Shown piece after piece: positions 1 to 9,297 of a DNA stretch of 64,000 bases (position 1 is its first letter; each line of letters opens with the position of its first letter). The notes below the pieces were generated by a model that did no database searches, had not been told where the DNA came from, and saw nothing but the letters and a program-made list of their open reading frames with translations. Source of the DNA: Mogibacterium sp. (lineage in GTDB: Bacteria; Bacillota; Clostridia; Peptostreptococcales; Anaerovoracaceae); NCBI GenBank assembly GCA_017505405.1, contig JAFVPI010000060.1:9573-73572 (forward strand), given 5' to 3'. A program made the position numbers and the translations under genes.

Positions 1-317
1 CTTATGCCGGCGATATCCAGGATCTCGCGTCTTACCATATCCAGGTTGTTCAGCGGATCGTCAATACCGTACCTTTCAGCTTTTTCCATAATGCTCTCGA
101 ATGTCTTGAGCCTTGACTGTACGTGATGTATTGGCATGTATGAATGCTTCTTGTCAAAGTCATCCGAAAGAATGTCGAGCCTGGTCTCCACCTCTTTCAT
201 GGCGGAGTTGTAAAGAAGACTTATGTCATCTATCGCAGACTGGAGTTCCTCGTCCGTCCCCTTAAAGCCGGGCATCTTTTCGCGTATCCTGTCTGCGTAA
301 TAATACCTGAATCCCAT
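1..317 (-). CDS. RelA/SpoT-domain small alarmone synthetase (RelQ/YjbM-like GTP pyrophosphokinase). N-terminal ~105 codons only; the rest lies outside the window.
   Basis: Not in the ORF track because it runs off the edge. My translation from the ATG at 317 reads MGFRYYYADRIREKMPGFKGTDEELQSAIDDISLLYNSAMKEVETRLDILSDDFDKKHSYMPIHHVQSRLKTFESIMEKAERYGI...DIAGI. This pattern matches the start of the small alarmone synthetase fold. The start lies 4 nt after the folD stop. Confidence 0.55.
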   Translation of the reverse strand, partial: MGFRYYYADRIREKMPGFKGTDEELQSAIDDISLLYNSAMKEVETRLDILSDDFDKKHSYMPIHHVQSRLKTFESIMEKAERYGIDDPLNNLDMVRREILDIAGI

Positions 318-320
318 AAC

Positions 321-1184
321 CTACCCTTTCTTTGCAGCCTTTATAATATTCCTGAGAAGTATCGCCGTGGTCACTCTCCCGATGCCTCCAGGTACAGGAG
401 TATACGCAAGATCACTTATCTCTCCTGTTTCCATGATCTCTTCAATGTCCAGATCTCCGTGCATTTTTCCGTCCCTGCCGACACCTGTGCCGACATCAAG
501 GATCATCTGTCCGTCTCTGAAGTATTTGCTTCCGTATGACTGGGTGCGTCCGGTAGCCAGAACTACTATGTCCGCGTTTCTGCAGGCTGCGATCTGATCT
601 TCCTCAGGTGTGCGGGAGTGGCAGACTGTCACTGTTGCATCTGCGTTGAGCATCATGATCGCAAGCGGCTTGCCCACGGTAAGGCTCCTCCCCAGTATGG
701 TCACCTTCTTCCCTGCAGGATCGATCCCGTTATACCGCATCACCTCCATGCATGCTTCTGCGGTGCAGGCGAAGAATGCATCTTCCTTGCCTGCAAACAG
801 TTCAGCTATAGAGATATCAGTTATGGCATCCACGTCCTTGTCAGGATTGAGCATAGTACGGAGCCTTTCACTGTTTATTCCGTCCGGAAGCGGCCTCAGC
901 AATATGATGCCGTGCACGCTCTCATCTTCATTGATGGCCTGCAGGGTTACTTCTATAAGAGCCTGTCCTATATTGCTGGTAAAGTTGATCGCCTGAGTCT
1001 CGATGCCGTACGCATTGCTCTGTCTGAGGATGGCGCTCTCGTAGAACTTCTGCCCGTCATCATCGCCTGCTCTGATCACTGCAAGTTTGGGAACTATGCC
1101 CTCATCGGTAAACTTCCCTACAGACTTCCTGATATATGCATCTATTTCTTTTTTTACTCCATCGCCGGGTAATTCCCTGAACAT
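321..1184 (-). CDS. folD: Bifunctional methylenetetrahydrofolate dehydrogenase/cyclohydrolase
   Basis: 287-aa ORF. Full-length FolD-like sequence (..HGIILLRPLP.., GKKVTILGRSLTVGKPLA, TPVPGGIGRVTTAILL). Confidence 0.92.
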   Translation of the reverse strand: MFRELPGDGVKKEIDAYIRKSVGKFTDEGIVPKLAVIRAGDDDGQKFYESAILRQSNAYGIETQAINFTSNIGQALIEVTLQAINEDESVHGIILLRPLPDGINSERLRTMLNPDKDVDAITDISIAELFAGKEDAFFACTAEACMEVMRYNGIDPAGKKVTILGRSLTVGKPLAIMMLNADATVTVCHSRTPEEDQIAACRNADIVVLATGRTQSYGSKYFRDGQMILDVGTGVGRDGKMHGDLDIEEIMETGEISDLAYTPVPGGIGRVTTAILLRNIIKAAKKG

Positions 1185-1244
1185 TCTGTTAATGGTCCCT
1201 TCGATATATTTACAAATAAGATATAAAAAGCGTTCTTTACGTTA

Positions 1245-2039
1245 TTACAATGCCGGTCTGACCGTCCTCATTCTTTCAGCCTTGTCCTGCCTGAAATTAG
1301 CTATCAGGAGCACTACCAGAGCCACCACGAATATGATGGTCGAAAGTGCGAACAGACTTGGCCTGATACCGACCTTCACTTCGCTGTATATCAGCGTCGA
1401 TATGGTGTTGATGCCGGCTCCCCTGGTGAAATAAGTGATGATGAAATCATCTACAGACATGGTAAAGCTCAGGAGGAATCCTGACATGATTCCCGGCTTC
1501 AGCTCCGGAAGCACGATCCTGCGGAATGCATATCTTTCGGAAGCACCAAGGTCAAGCGCCGCTTCAAAAAGCCTGTCGGTATTCTTGTTGACACGCGGTC
1601 TGACAGAAAGTATCACATACGGAATGCAGAACGTCGCGTGGCTGAACAGTATGGTCATATAGCCGCGCGGAGCCCCTACCATAAGGAAAAAGAGCATGAG
1701 CGCTATGCCCGTGACTATGTCGGCATTCAGCATAGGTATATTATTGAATCCCAGAAGCACGTTCTGTGTGCGCTGCTTCATGGCCGCCATGCCGAGCACG
1801 GCAAGAGTTCCGACAACAGTCGCTATCAGTGCCGCCAGAATGGCTATCGAGAACGTGTTGACAATGGCTCCCATCATGAGTCTGCTCCGGAAGAGTTCCT
1901 GATACCAGTGCAGGCTGAAACCTCCCCATACCGACATCGACTTTGCGTCGTTGAACGAAAGCACTATAAGCGTCAGTATCGGAAGATACAGAAAGAGCAT
2001 TATTATCAATATGTAGATGCGTCCTAATGTTTTCTTCAT
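1245..2039 (-). CDS. potC: Spermidine/putrescine-type ABC transporter permease (PotC-like)
   Basis: Multi-pass membrane ORF with a binding-protein-dependent permease signature (EAALDLGASERYAFRRIVLPELKPG). The track start at 2051 is TTG, so I prefer the ATG at 2039 (MKKTLGRIY). Confidence 0.8.
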   Translation of the reverse strand: MKKTLGRIYILIIMLFLYLPILTLIVLSFNDAKSMSVWGGFSLHWYQELFRSRLMMGAIVNTFSIAILAALIATVVGTLAVLGMAAMKQRTQNVLLGFNNIPMLNADIVTGIALMLFFLMVGAPRGYMTILFSHATFCIPYVILSVRPRVNKNTDRLFEAALDLGASERYAFRRIVLPELKPGIMSGFLLSFTMSVDDFIITYFTRGAGINTISTLIYSEVKVGIRPSLFALSTIIFVVALVVLLIANFRQDKAERMRTVRPAL

Positions 2040-2056
2040 TACTTTTCTCAATTTTT

Positions 2057-2237
2057 ATAAGAGTGTCTGCTCGTCTCGCCAGCTCCGTCGACGGGAATGC
2101 CATCTCGTTCGGCCTTGCTTCGCGGGGAACGGCTCTGACGCTTCGCTTGCGAGACTCGTTCCATCCGCTCACCTGCGGTCTCTCTCGGGCATTCCTGGCG
2201 TCTCCTGCGCTACGCTCGCCTCGCAGGACCCTCTTAT
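2057..2237 (-). repeat. GC-rich imperfect palindromic intergenic element, copy A, inside the potB-potC junction
   Basis: No credible ORF. Terminal inverted repeat ATAAGAGTGTC-TGC (2057-2070) pairs with GCAGGACCCTCTTAT (2223-2237). Internal 8-bp complement GGAATGCC (2094-2101) / GGCATTCC (2188-2195). Read on the minus strand, the interior is colinear with copies at 59010-59215 (+) and 59761-59973 (-). Confidence 0.45.
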
Positions 2238-2247
2238 CACAATTTAT

Positions 2248-3063
2248 CTAAATAAGATTAGCGCCGCCTGTCTTGTCGAACTTCTGAAGCATGAGCATGC
2301 TCAGAATAATGAATACCATCATTACAAGAGACAGTCCCGAGCCGAGATACCAGTTCGAATTGACCGTGAACTCCTGCTCGATGATGTTTCCGATAAGGTT
2401 GATCTTGCCTCCGCCCAGCATGTTTGAAATAACAAATGTTGTGAGCGCAGGAATGAATACCATCGTGATCCCGCTGACTATTCCCGGCACCGAAAGCGGC
2501 AGTATGACCTTTGTATATACTTTACCCTTTGTAGCTCCGAGATCGTATGCAGCCTCAATAAGGTGTGGATCTATCTTGGATACCGTGTTGTATATAGGGA
2601 GTATCATGAAAGGCAGAAAGTCATATACCATGCCCAGGACTATGGCTCCGGGCGTGTTCATCATCTCCTGCCGGGGCAGTCCTACAGCTGTTATGAGTGC
2701 GTTTATTACGCCCTGCCTCTCAAGCAGCACCTGCCATGCCATCGTACGCAGCAGGAAGTTCATCCACATCGGCAGAATGATTACAAATATGAGGAACCCC
2801 TGCTTTCCGTACTTACTCTCTCTGAGTACCATAGCCATAGGGAATGCAAGCAGAAGACAGATCGCCGTGCTTATCAAGGCAAGCGAAAGTGAGAGGCCGA
2901 GCGCCTGAAGGTGATCGCCCCTGAACATCGCCGTGATGTTTTCAAAAGTAAAGCTTCCGTCCCTGCTCGTAAAGCCGTAATATGCAATCGAAGCGAGCGG
3001 GATGACGGTCCCGGCGATTATCCATATTATGAACGGGATTGAATATGATTTTTTCGCTATCAT
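2248..3063 (-). CDS. potB: Spermidine/putrescine-type ABC transporter permease (PotB-like)
   Basis: 271-aa multi-pass ORF with the permease motif EAAYDLGATKGKVYTKVILPLSVPG. Overlaps the potA stop by 4 nt. Confidence 0.8.
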   Translation of the reverse strand: MIAKKSYSIPFIIWIIAGTVIPLASIAYYGFTSRDGSFTFENITAMFRGDHLQALGLSLSLALISTAICLLLAFPMAMVLRESKYGKQGFLIFVIILPMWMNFLLRTMAWQVLLERQGVINALITAVGLPRQEMMNTPGAIVLGMVYDFLPFMILPIYNTVSKIDPHLIEAAYDLGATKGKVYTKVILPLSVPGIVSGITMVFIPALTTFVISNMLGGGKINLIGNIIEQEFTVNSNWYLGSGLSLVMMVFIILSMLMLQKFDKTGGANLI

Positions 3064-4145
3064 ATGTCGATCTCCATGGCATGCTCAGCTTCGCTCTTAG
3101 GCTTATGCATTATCTGTATGTTTTCGGGATCGACATACATGCCGATCTTCTCTCCGACATCATGCTGATCGTAATTCTGCAGCAGCCATTCCACTTTGCC
3201 GTGCTCACTCTGGACAAGCATCTCATAGTGGACTCCGATGAAGAGTTTTGAAATGATGGTCCCGTTCCATAGACCCTTTCCATATGGAACTATGTCTATG
3301 TCCTCCGGTCTTATGACGACATCGACTCTCCGTCTCGGAGGGAAGCCTTCCTCAGTGCCGTCGATACACGGATAGTCAACTCCGTCGATGCGGACGACCT
3401 TCTCATCCACCATCTGGCCTGAAAGGATGTTGCTGTCGCCGATGAAGTCGGCAACGAAAGCGTTTACAGGCTCATCATATATCTGCTGAGGAGTGCCCTC
3501 CTGCTGGATGTATCCTTCGTTCATTACAACGACCTTGTCAGACATCGTAAGCGCTTCCTCCTGATCGTGAGTAATGTAAATGAAAGTGATCCCGAGTTCC
3601 TTTTTGAGGCGCACAAGCTCATACTCCATCTCCTGGCGGAGCTTGAGGTCAAGGGCTCCGAGCGGCTCATCGAGCAGCAGCACTCTCGGCTCGTTTACTA
3701 TGGCTCTTGCCATCGCGATCCTCTGCTGCTGACCGCCTGAAAGCTGGTCTATGCGTCTGTTTTCAAAGCCTGTAAGGTTCACGAGTTTGAGTGCATTTGC
3801 GACTTTTTCCTTTATCTCAGCCTCAGGTCTTTTCTTCACCCTCAGGCTGAACGCGATATTTTCTCCCACTGTCATGTGAGGAAAAAGCGCGTAATTCTGG
3901 AATACGGTATTGACAGGACGCTGGTTCGCCGGAAGATCAGTGATATCCTTGCCGTCAAAATACACCCTGCCCTTGTCCGGCTTCTCAAAGCCCGCGATTA
4001 TACGAAGAGTCGTCGTTTTGCCGCAGCCCGAAGGCCCCAGCAGTGTGACGAATTCATTTTCGTCCACGCTGAGGTCGATCCCGTTCAGGACCACGGTATC
4101 ATCAAAGCTCTTTTCTATTCCTTCAAGTCTAATCAGTTCGCCCAA
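3060..4145 (-). CDS. potA: Spermidine/putrescine ABC transporter ATP-binding protein
   Basis: Walker A GPSGCGKTT, signature LSGGQQQRIAMARA, Walker B LLLDEP, and a C-terminal TOBE-like domain. TTG start. Confidence 0.9.
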   Translation of the reverse strand: MGELIRLEGIEKSFDDTVVLNGIDLSVDENEFVTLLGPSGCGKTTTLRIIAGFEKPDKGRVYFDGKDITDLPANQRPVNTVFQNYALFPHMTVGENIAFSLRVKKRPEAEIKEKVANALKLVNLTGFENRRIDQLSGGQQQRIAMARAIVNEPRVLLLDEPLGALDLKLRQEMEYELVRLKKELGITFIYITHDQEEALTMSDKVVVMNEGYIQQEGTPQQIYDEPVNAFVADFIGDSNILSGQMVDEKVVRIDGVDYPCIDGTEEGFPPRRRVDVVIRPEDIDIVPYGKGLWNGTIISKLFIGVHYEMLVQSEHGKVEWLLQNYDQHDVGEKIGMYVDPENIQIMHKPKSEAEHAMEIDI

Positions 4146-4184
4146 TGAAGTTCCCTTTCTTTAAGAACACTTGTGTCAGCTGTT

Positions 4185-5081
4185 TTATTCCGCCTTGAGT
4201 CCAAGGTCATCAAGCACTCCGAGTATGGATTCCATCTGGGTGCCTTCATTGAATTCGATCTTTCCAAGGTCTGCTTCCTGAGAAAGTACCGGGTCTATAG
4301 GGAGCTGCTCGAGCAGCCTGATCCCGTACTCGGCAGCAACTGCCTTTGCCTGGCTTGGACCGAACATTTCGATCCTGCGTCCGCAGTCAGGGCAGGTGAT
4401 ATAGCTCATGTTCTCAACGAGTCCGAGAACAGGTATGTTCATCAGATTAGCCATTTTGACTGCCTTGCCTACTATCATGGATACGAGGTCCTGAGGCGAT
4501 GTGACTACGATTATTCCGTCTATAGGAATGGACTGGAATACCGTCAGAGGCACGTCGCCTGTTCCAGGAGGCATATCGATGAAGAGGACGTCAAGATCTC
4601 CCCAGTATACCTCTGTCCAGAACTGCTCAACCACGCCGCCGATCACCGGTCCCCTCCACACGACAGGGTCAGTCTCGTTCTCAACCAGAAGATTTATGGA
4701 CATCAGCTTGATATTCATAGGTGTCTCTTCAGGAATGATCCCGTAATCACTGCCGAAAGCTTTTTTATGCACTCCGAACATCTTAGGGATCGAAGGTCCG
4801 GTGATATCCGCGTCCATGATGCCTGTTTTGAATCCGTCTCTTGTGGCTGCAAGCGCCGAAAGAGCCGTAACCATCGATTTTCCTACTCCGCCCTTACCGG
4901 ATACTACTCCGATTACTTTCTTGACAGAGCTGTAAGGATTGAGTACGGCCTTCTGGATGCCGCCTTCTCTTGAAGAGCAGTCTGCACCGCAGGTGCTGCA
5001 GTCATGTGTGCAGTTTTCAGGAGCCGCTCCGCCTTCGTGTCCGTCTTCATGCATGCAAATGTTCGAGTACTTGTTGATCAT
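4185..5081 (-). CDS. mrp: Mrp/NBP35-family Fe-S cluster carrier ATPase (ApbC-like) with a Cys-rich N-terminus
   Basis: Deviant Walker A SGKGGVGKS, a CPDCG motif, and an N-terminal CTHDCSTCGADC. Confidence 0.85.
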   Translation of the reverse strand: MINKYSNICMHEDGHEGGAAPENCTHDCSTCGADCSSREGGIQKAVLNPYSSVKKVIGVVSGKGGVGKSMVTALSALAATRDGFKTGIMDADITGPSIPKMFGVHKKAFGSDYGIIPEETPMNIKLMSINLLVENETDPVVWRGPVIGGVVEQFWTEVYWGDLDVLFIDMPPGTGDVPLTVFQSIPIDGIIVVTSPQDLVSMIVGKAVKMANLMNIPVLGLVENMSYITCPDCGRRIEMFGPSQAKAVAAEYGIRLLEQLPIDPVLSQEADLGKIEFNEGTQMESILGVLDDLGLKAE

Positions 5082-5103
5082 TATTGTTCCTCCAAAGTGT
5101 TTA

Positions 5104-5709
5104 TTATTCTGCAGCGAGCGCCTTCATCTCGCTCAGCATGCCACCGAATATGGCATCCTGCAGTTCTTCGTTTTCTTTTATGTTAGCGATCCACTCTCCG
5201 TTATCCAGCGGATCGATACATACTATCTGTATTGTTTTTATGTGATCCTTTTCTTCAAGCGAATTGAGTCTGCTGAAAAGAAGTTCGTAAAAATCCGTCA
5301 GTTCCTCCGGCTTGGTATCCGGATTGGCTTTCAGATACTCAGTCCATGCCGCAAGGTATTCCCTCCCGAAATCACATGTCTTTATCTTTACGCTTACTAT
5401 AGTGCTGTCATCATCCTGACCGTCATTTTCCTCGCTGCCCGTGATCTCAAAATCGAAACCACGTAACTTTTTAAGGAACCCGTCGAAGTTTTCGCGTCCT
5501 TCGTCCGACAGGGAATCCCTGAGGGTAATGACTTCACTGCCGAGAGCATCCGATTCCTGAAGAGCATTGAGTTCTTTTGATACCTTTTTTTCGGCATCGT
5601 TCATGGAGCTGCAGCCCGCAAGCAGGATAAAGCACAGCAACAGAGCTGATACCGCCGCCAGCACTTTAAAAATATTGATGTTGACCGATAACCTTTTTTT
5701 GTCAGTCAT
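5104..5709 (-). CDS. Putative lipoprotein of unknown function
   Basis: Signal peptide with a lipobox (LLAGC). No recognisable catalytic motif. Starts 6 nt after the selB stop. Confidence 0.5.
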   Translation of the reverse strand: MTDKKRLSVNINIFKVLAAVSALLLCFILLAGCSSMNDAEKKVSKELNALQESDALGSEVITLRDSLSDEGRENFDGFLKKLRGFDFEITGSEENDGQDDDSTIVSVKIKTCDFGREYLAAWTEYLKANPDTKPEELTDFYELLFSRLNSLEEKDHIKTIQIVCIDPLDNGEWIANIKENEELQDAIFGGMLSEMKALAAE

Positions 5710-5715
5710 CTTCTG

Positions 5716-7611
5716 TTACTTAACTACCCTTCTTTTTTCACCATCGAACACCGTTACGCCGGCCTTATCCATGGCCGGGAGGAATTCGGCGGCATACTTA
5801 CGCGAAGTCCCAAGCCTGTCCCTGTATTCTGCAAGGGTAAACGTATCATCAAACGACCCTGCGACACGGACAGCCTGATCCCATGCTGTTTTATCAATGT
5901 AGTACGACGGATTGACCTTGTAAATGACCCCGTCGGATTCAAGGTCCTCCAGTATGGCACGTATTATTCTGCCATCTTTGTACAGTGCGAATATCTCATC
6001 GTTTTTTATCATTTCGATGCCTGCACCGGCATACATTTCTTTGATCCTGGCCTTGAGGGCTTTCTGCTCATCCGTGTACTCAATGCTGAATCCGCTGATC
6101 GCAATGCTTTTCCCCCTGTCCTCAATGAATCCCTGAGCCATCAGATGCTTCAGGACTGCCTGCACAAGCCTGTCATCATCGGTGAACCATCTCTCCTTCA
6201 GCCTTGAGAGAAGCTCCTGACGGGGTATTCCGTCAGAGAGAGGATTGCCCGCGTGATAATCATTTATGATCATCTCTGTATCATCCTTGAGCCGGATGAA
6301 TTTTGAGTCACTGACTATCGTATCATCAGGGAGCACGATCAGTGACCCGGAGGATATTCCGTCCTCAGCCGCTGCTGCCATTTCATGACCGAGAAGTCCC
6401 AGTTCAGAAGCAAGCTCCTTCTGTCTTACAAAGCGTCTTTCACACGCTTTGGCGTAGATTATCTCACTGACCTGACCGTGCGAAAGCACTTCCATTCCTG
6501 CGAGTATCTCAGGCCTGTTTCTCTTGTGCTTGACAGGCAGGGCATCGATTATGCGCCCTCCGCCTACTGTTATGACAGGTGAGTAGAACCTTATGATAAA
6601 TCTGTCTCCCCTTCTTACGGCCGCAGGCTCTTCAAGTCTCAGCTGTGCATAGGCTGTTTCGCCGGCAGACAGCGCATCGCGGTCGAGCAGTATCACTTTA
6701 CACAGCACCTCATCAGACCCGCAGTACAGATGTACTCTGCTGTTATTGAGCACCACCTTGTCAGTCGAGCTGAAAATGCTGATCTCAGCATCTATCATGT
6801 TTGTGACTGTTACAGCGTCCTGATATGCTGCTACGTCGCCTCTGTCTATGTCTTCCTTTGAAACACCGGACAGGTTTATGGCGGTTCTCTGCCCTGCGAC
6901 TGCGACTTCAGTATCTTTTCCGTATGTCTGTATGCCCCTTACCCTGGCTTTTGTTCCTTCCGGATATATTATGATATCATCTCCGACTTTAACACTGCCG
7001 TCCATCAGTGTGCCCGTCACTACAGTGCCGAAGCCCTGCATGGTGAACACCCTGTCGACCGGAAGCCTGAAAAGCTCCTTCTCCTCACGGCGTTTGTCCG
7101 GTCTGTCACACTTGGCAATTATCTCTGATCTCAGCTCTTCGATCCCCTCACCCGTGGCAGCGCTTACAGGTATGACCGGCTTTCCATCCAGAAACGACCC
7201 CTTGAAATAATCATTGACTTCCTCGAGCAGCATCTCAAGCCATTCTTCTTCGACCATGTCGGTCTTTGTGACCGCGATGATGCCGTCATCTATGCCAAGC
7301 GAATTGAGTATCTCAAAGTGTTCCCTGGTCTGAGGCATTATGCCTTCATCAGCAGCAACAACAAAGAGAACAAAGTCGATGCCTCCTATCCCGGCCAGCA
7401 TGTGCTTGATAAATTTCTCATGTCCCGGGACATCGATGACTCCGATGTTGTATCCGGCATCATTCGGAATGTGGGCAAAGCCGAGCTCTATCGTGATGCC
7501 GCGTTTTTTCTCTTCTATGAGCCTGTCAGTGTCGATGCCGCTGAGCGCCTTGATAAGCGTAGTTTTACCGTGGTCGACATGGCCGGCTGTGCCGATGATT
7601 ATGTTCTTCAT
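5716..7611 (-). CDS. selB: Selenocysteine-specific translation elongation factor SelB
   Basis: N-terminus [41 protein letters not shown]. 631 aa with a long C-terminal winged-helix-type extension. Sits directly after selA. Confidence 0.9.
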   Translation of the reverse strand: MKNIIIGTAGHVDHGKTTLIKALSGIDTDRLIEEKKRGITIELGFAHIPNDAGYNIGVIDVPGHEKFIKHMLAGIGGIDFVLFVVAADEGIMPQTREHFEILNSLGIDDGIIAVTKTDMVEEEWLEMLLEEVNDYFKGSFLDGKPVIPVSAATGEGIEELRSEIIAKCDRPDKRREEKELFRLPVDRVFTMQGFGTVVTGTLMDGSVKVGDDIIIYPEGTKARVRGIQTYGKDTEVAVAGQRTAINLSGVSKEDIDRGDVAAYQDAVTVTNMIDAEISIFSSTDKVVLNNSRVHLYCGSDEVLCKVILLDRDALSAGETAYAQLRLEEPAAVRRGDRFIIRFYSPVITVGGGRIIDALPVKHKRNRPEILAGMEVLSHGQVSEIIYAKACERRFVRQKELASELGLLGHEMAAAAEDGISSGSLIVLPDDTIVSDSKFIRLKDDTEMIINDYHAGNPLSDGIPRQELLSRLKERWFTDDDRLVQAVLKHLMAQGFIEDRGKSIAISGFSIEYTDEQKALKARIKEMYAGAGIEMIKNDEIFALYKDGRIIRAILEDLESDGVIYKVNPSYYIDKTAWDQAVRVAGSFDDTFTLAEYRDRLGTSRKYAAEFLPAMDKAGVTVFDGEKRRVVK

Positions 7612-7614
7612 TAC

Positions 7615-9072
7615 TTATTTTCTGAGGGCCTCTGCCGTTGTCTCTATTTCATCATCTGCTATGGTGCGTACACAGAGCAGAAGCCTGTCTTCGTTTATCC
7701 TTCCTATCACAGGGATGTCGGCCTTGCGGAGCTTTCTCTCCGTCCTGTCAGCTGACTTCATTCCGTCTCTTACGGATACGGCCCAGCCCGGAAGTCTTAC
7801 CATCGGTGCGGAACCGCCTCCGATCTGGTCCTCAACAGGCACGAGCTCCACCGAGATGGACGGATCCACCCTCTTGATCGCATCAGCAAGTCTTTCGGCC
7901 TTCTTTCTCATTTCCCCGTTAGATGCTGATATCATGCGAAGCACAGGAATATCTCTCAAAGCAGTCTTGCGGTCCCTGTATTTCATGAGCGTCGCCTCGA
8001 GCGCTGCAAAGGTCATCTTATCTACCCTCATGGCTCTCGCAAGCGGATGCTTCTTCATTGCTTTTATGTATTTCTTCTTACCTACTATGATGCCTGCCTG
8101 GGGACCGCCGAGAAGCTTGTCTCCGCTGAACAGCATTACATCAATGCCTGTAGCCAGCGATGCAGGGATGTTAGGCTCATCAAGTCCGAATTCTGACATA
8201 TCGAGCATCAGCCCGTTACCCATGTCAAATATCACCGGCAGGCCGTGTTTTTTGCCAATATCCACAAGCTCCTCAAGTGAAGCTTCTTCCGTAAATCCGA
8301 CAATGTCGTAATTTGACTTGTGGACTTTCATGAGCGCTCCGGTCTCAAAGCGCCTGCCATGGCGCGGATCATCGGACAGATCGCCTTTCTCAAGCATGGC
8401 TTTTGTTACTATGGCGTTCTCATAATCGGATGCCTTTGTCTTGTTGCTGGTTCCGACTTCCTGCAGGAATGCGCCGGACTGCATCATTATGTCAGGGATC
8501 CTGAATGCCCCTCCGATCTCGACAAGCTCACCTCTGGAGACAACGATCTCCTTTCCCTTTCCGAGAGTCGCAAGCACTATCATTGTAGCGGCAGCGTTGT
8601 TGTTGACGACCATCGCGTCCTCAGCTCCGGTAAGTTCTGCTATGAGATCACCTACCAGATCATGGCGCGAGCCGCGCTTGCCCTTCGGCACATTATATTC
8701 AAGGTCGGAATACCCTTTTGAAACTCTCGCAACATTCTCAACTGCGTCCCGGCAGAGAGGCGCTCTTCCGAGGTTCGTGTGGAGTATGGTCCCGGTAGCG
8801 TTTATGAGCGGATAAAGATTGAGCTCCTCATCCTGAAAGATCCTTGCTTCCGCCGCCTTTGCAACTGCTTCTGTCTCAAGAACGGATGTGTCAAAGTTTT
8901 CCGCCTTTCCGTCCTCAAGATCCAGAATGGAAGCTCTCAGAGTTGCAATGACCGCCCTCACAGCATCCGTTACCAGCAGGTCCCCCTTCTCTTCTGACAA
9001 TACAACAAGAGACTCCTGCTTCATCACTTCATCGATCTTAGGGAGTCCTCTCAGTAATTCTTTCTTTGTCAT
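7615..9072 (-). CDS. selA: L-seryl-tRNA(Sec) selenium transferase SelA
   Basis: [17 protein letters not shown]-terminus and PLP-lysine context [13 protein letters not shown]. The track ORF (to 9174) runs upstream across tRNA-Sec, so I use the ATG at 9072, which is preceded by GGAGG. Confidence 0.9.
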   Translation of the reverse strand: MTKKELLRGLPKIDEVMKQESLVVLSEEKGDLLVTDAVRAVIATLRASILDLEDGKAENFDTSVLETEAVAKAAEARIFQDEELNLYPLINATGTILHTNLGRAPLCRDAVENVARVSKGYSDLEYNVPKGKRGSRHDLVGDLIAELTGAEDAMVVNNNAAATMIVLATLGKGKEIVVSRGELVEIGGAFRIPDIMMQSGAFLQEVGTSNKTKASDYENAIVTKAMLEKGDLSDDPRHGRRFETGALMKVHKSNYDIVGFTEEASLEELVDIGKKHGLPVIFDMGNGLMLDMSEFGLDEPNIPASLATGIDVMLFSGDKLLGGPQAGIIVGKKKYIKAMKKHPLARAMRVDKMTFAALEATLMKYRDRKTALRDIPVLRMISASNGEMRKKAERLADAIKRVDPSISVELVPVEDQIGGGSAPMVRLPGWAVSVRDGMKSADRTERKLRKADIPVIGRINEDRLLLCVRTIADDEIETTAEALRK

Positions 9073-9096
9073 GGCATCCGACCTCCGTAATCTTTT

Positions 9097-9194
9097 TGGC
9101 GGGAGTACGTGGGAATCGAACCCACCCGGGAGGCTACTAACCCCCTGCAAACGGTTTTGAAGACCGCGAGGCACACCAGCACCTATCTACCCCC
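9097..9194 (-). tRNA. selC: tRNA-Sec (anticodon UCA)
   Basis: Hand fold of the minus strand: GGGGGTAG-AT-AGGTGC-TGGT-GTGCCT-C-GCGGT-CTTCAAA-ACCGT-(25-nt variable arm)-GTGGG-TTCGATT-CCCAC-GTACTCCC-G-CCA. It shows a 6-bp D stem with a 4-nt loop, anticodon loop CU-UCA-AA, a long variable arm, a 7-bp acceptor stem plus a G.G 8th pair, and an encoded CCA. Confidence 0.85.
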
Positions 9195-9242
9195 AGGTCG
9201 CGGTGAAACCAGCACTGTGAACGTGCTGACCGCACTCGAGGA

Positions 9243-9271
9243 ATTATACTAAAAAAGCGCTGCAGTATCAA
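9243..9271 (-). promoter_or_regulatory. Candidate sigma-A promoter for selC-selA-selB
   Basis: Minus strand reads TTGATA (9271-9266), a 17-bp spacer, then TATAAT (9248-9243). The -35 hexamer lies in the loop of the cysE terminator hairpin. Confidence 0.45.
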
Positions 9272-9284
9272 TACCGCAGCGCTC
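9250..9284 (-). terminator. Rho-independent terminator after cysE
   Basis: Minus strand reads AGCGCUGCGG-UAUUGAUA-CUGCAGCGCU followed by UUUUUU. Confidence 0.6.
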
Positions 9285-9297
9285 ATTTCACATAGTA

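Noticed and set aside
1741-2251. ORFs 1741-2172 (minus) and 2017-2427 / 2027-2251 (plus) covering the potB-potC gap
   Set aside because: They translate repeat copy A into Arg/Ser/Ala/Leu-rich sequence, overlap the real permease genes and lack an RBS. The region is better explained as a structured repeat.
7340-8311. 323-aa plus-strand ORF
   Set aside because: It is antisense across the selB/selA junction. Its Ser/Pro/Met-rich composition marks it as a shadow ORF.
9073-9174. N-terminal extension of the selA ORF
   Set aside because: It overlaps the tRNA-Sec gene. The ATG at 9072 has a GGAGG RBS and gives the canonical SelA N-terminus.
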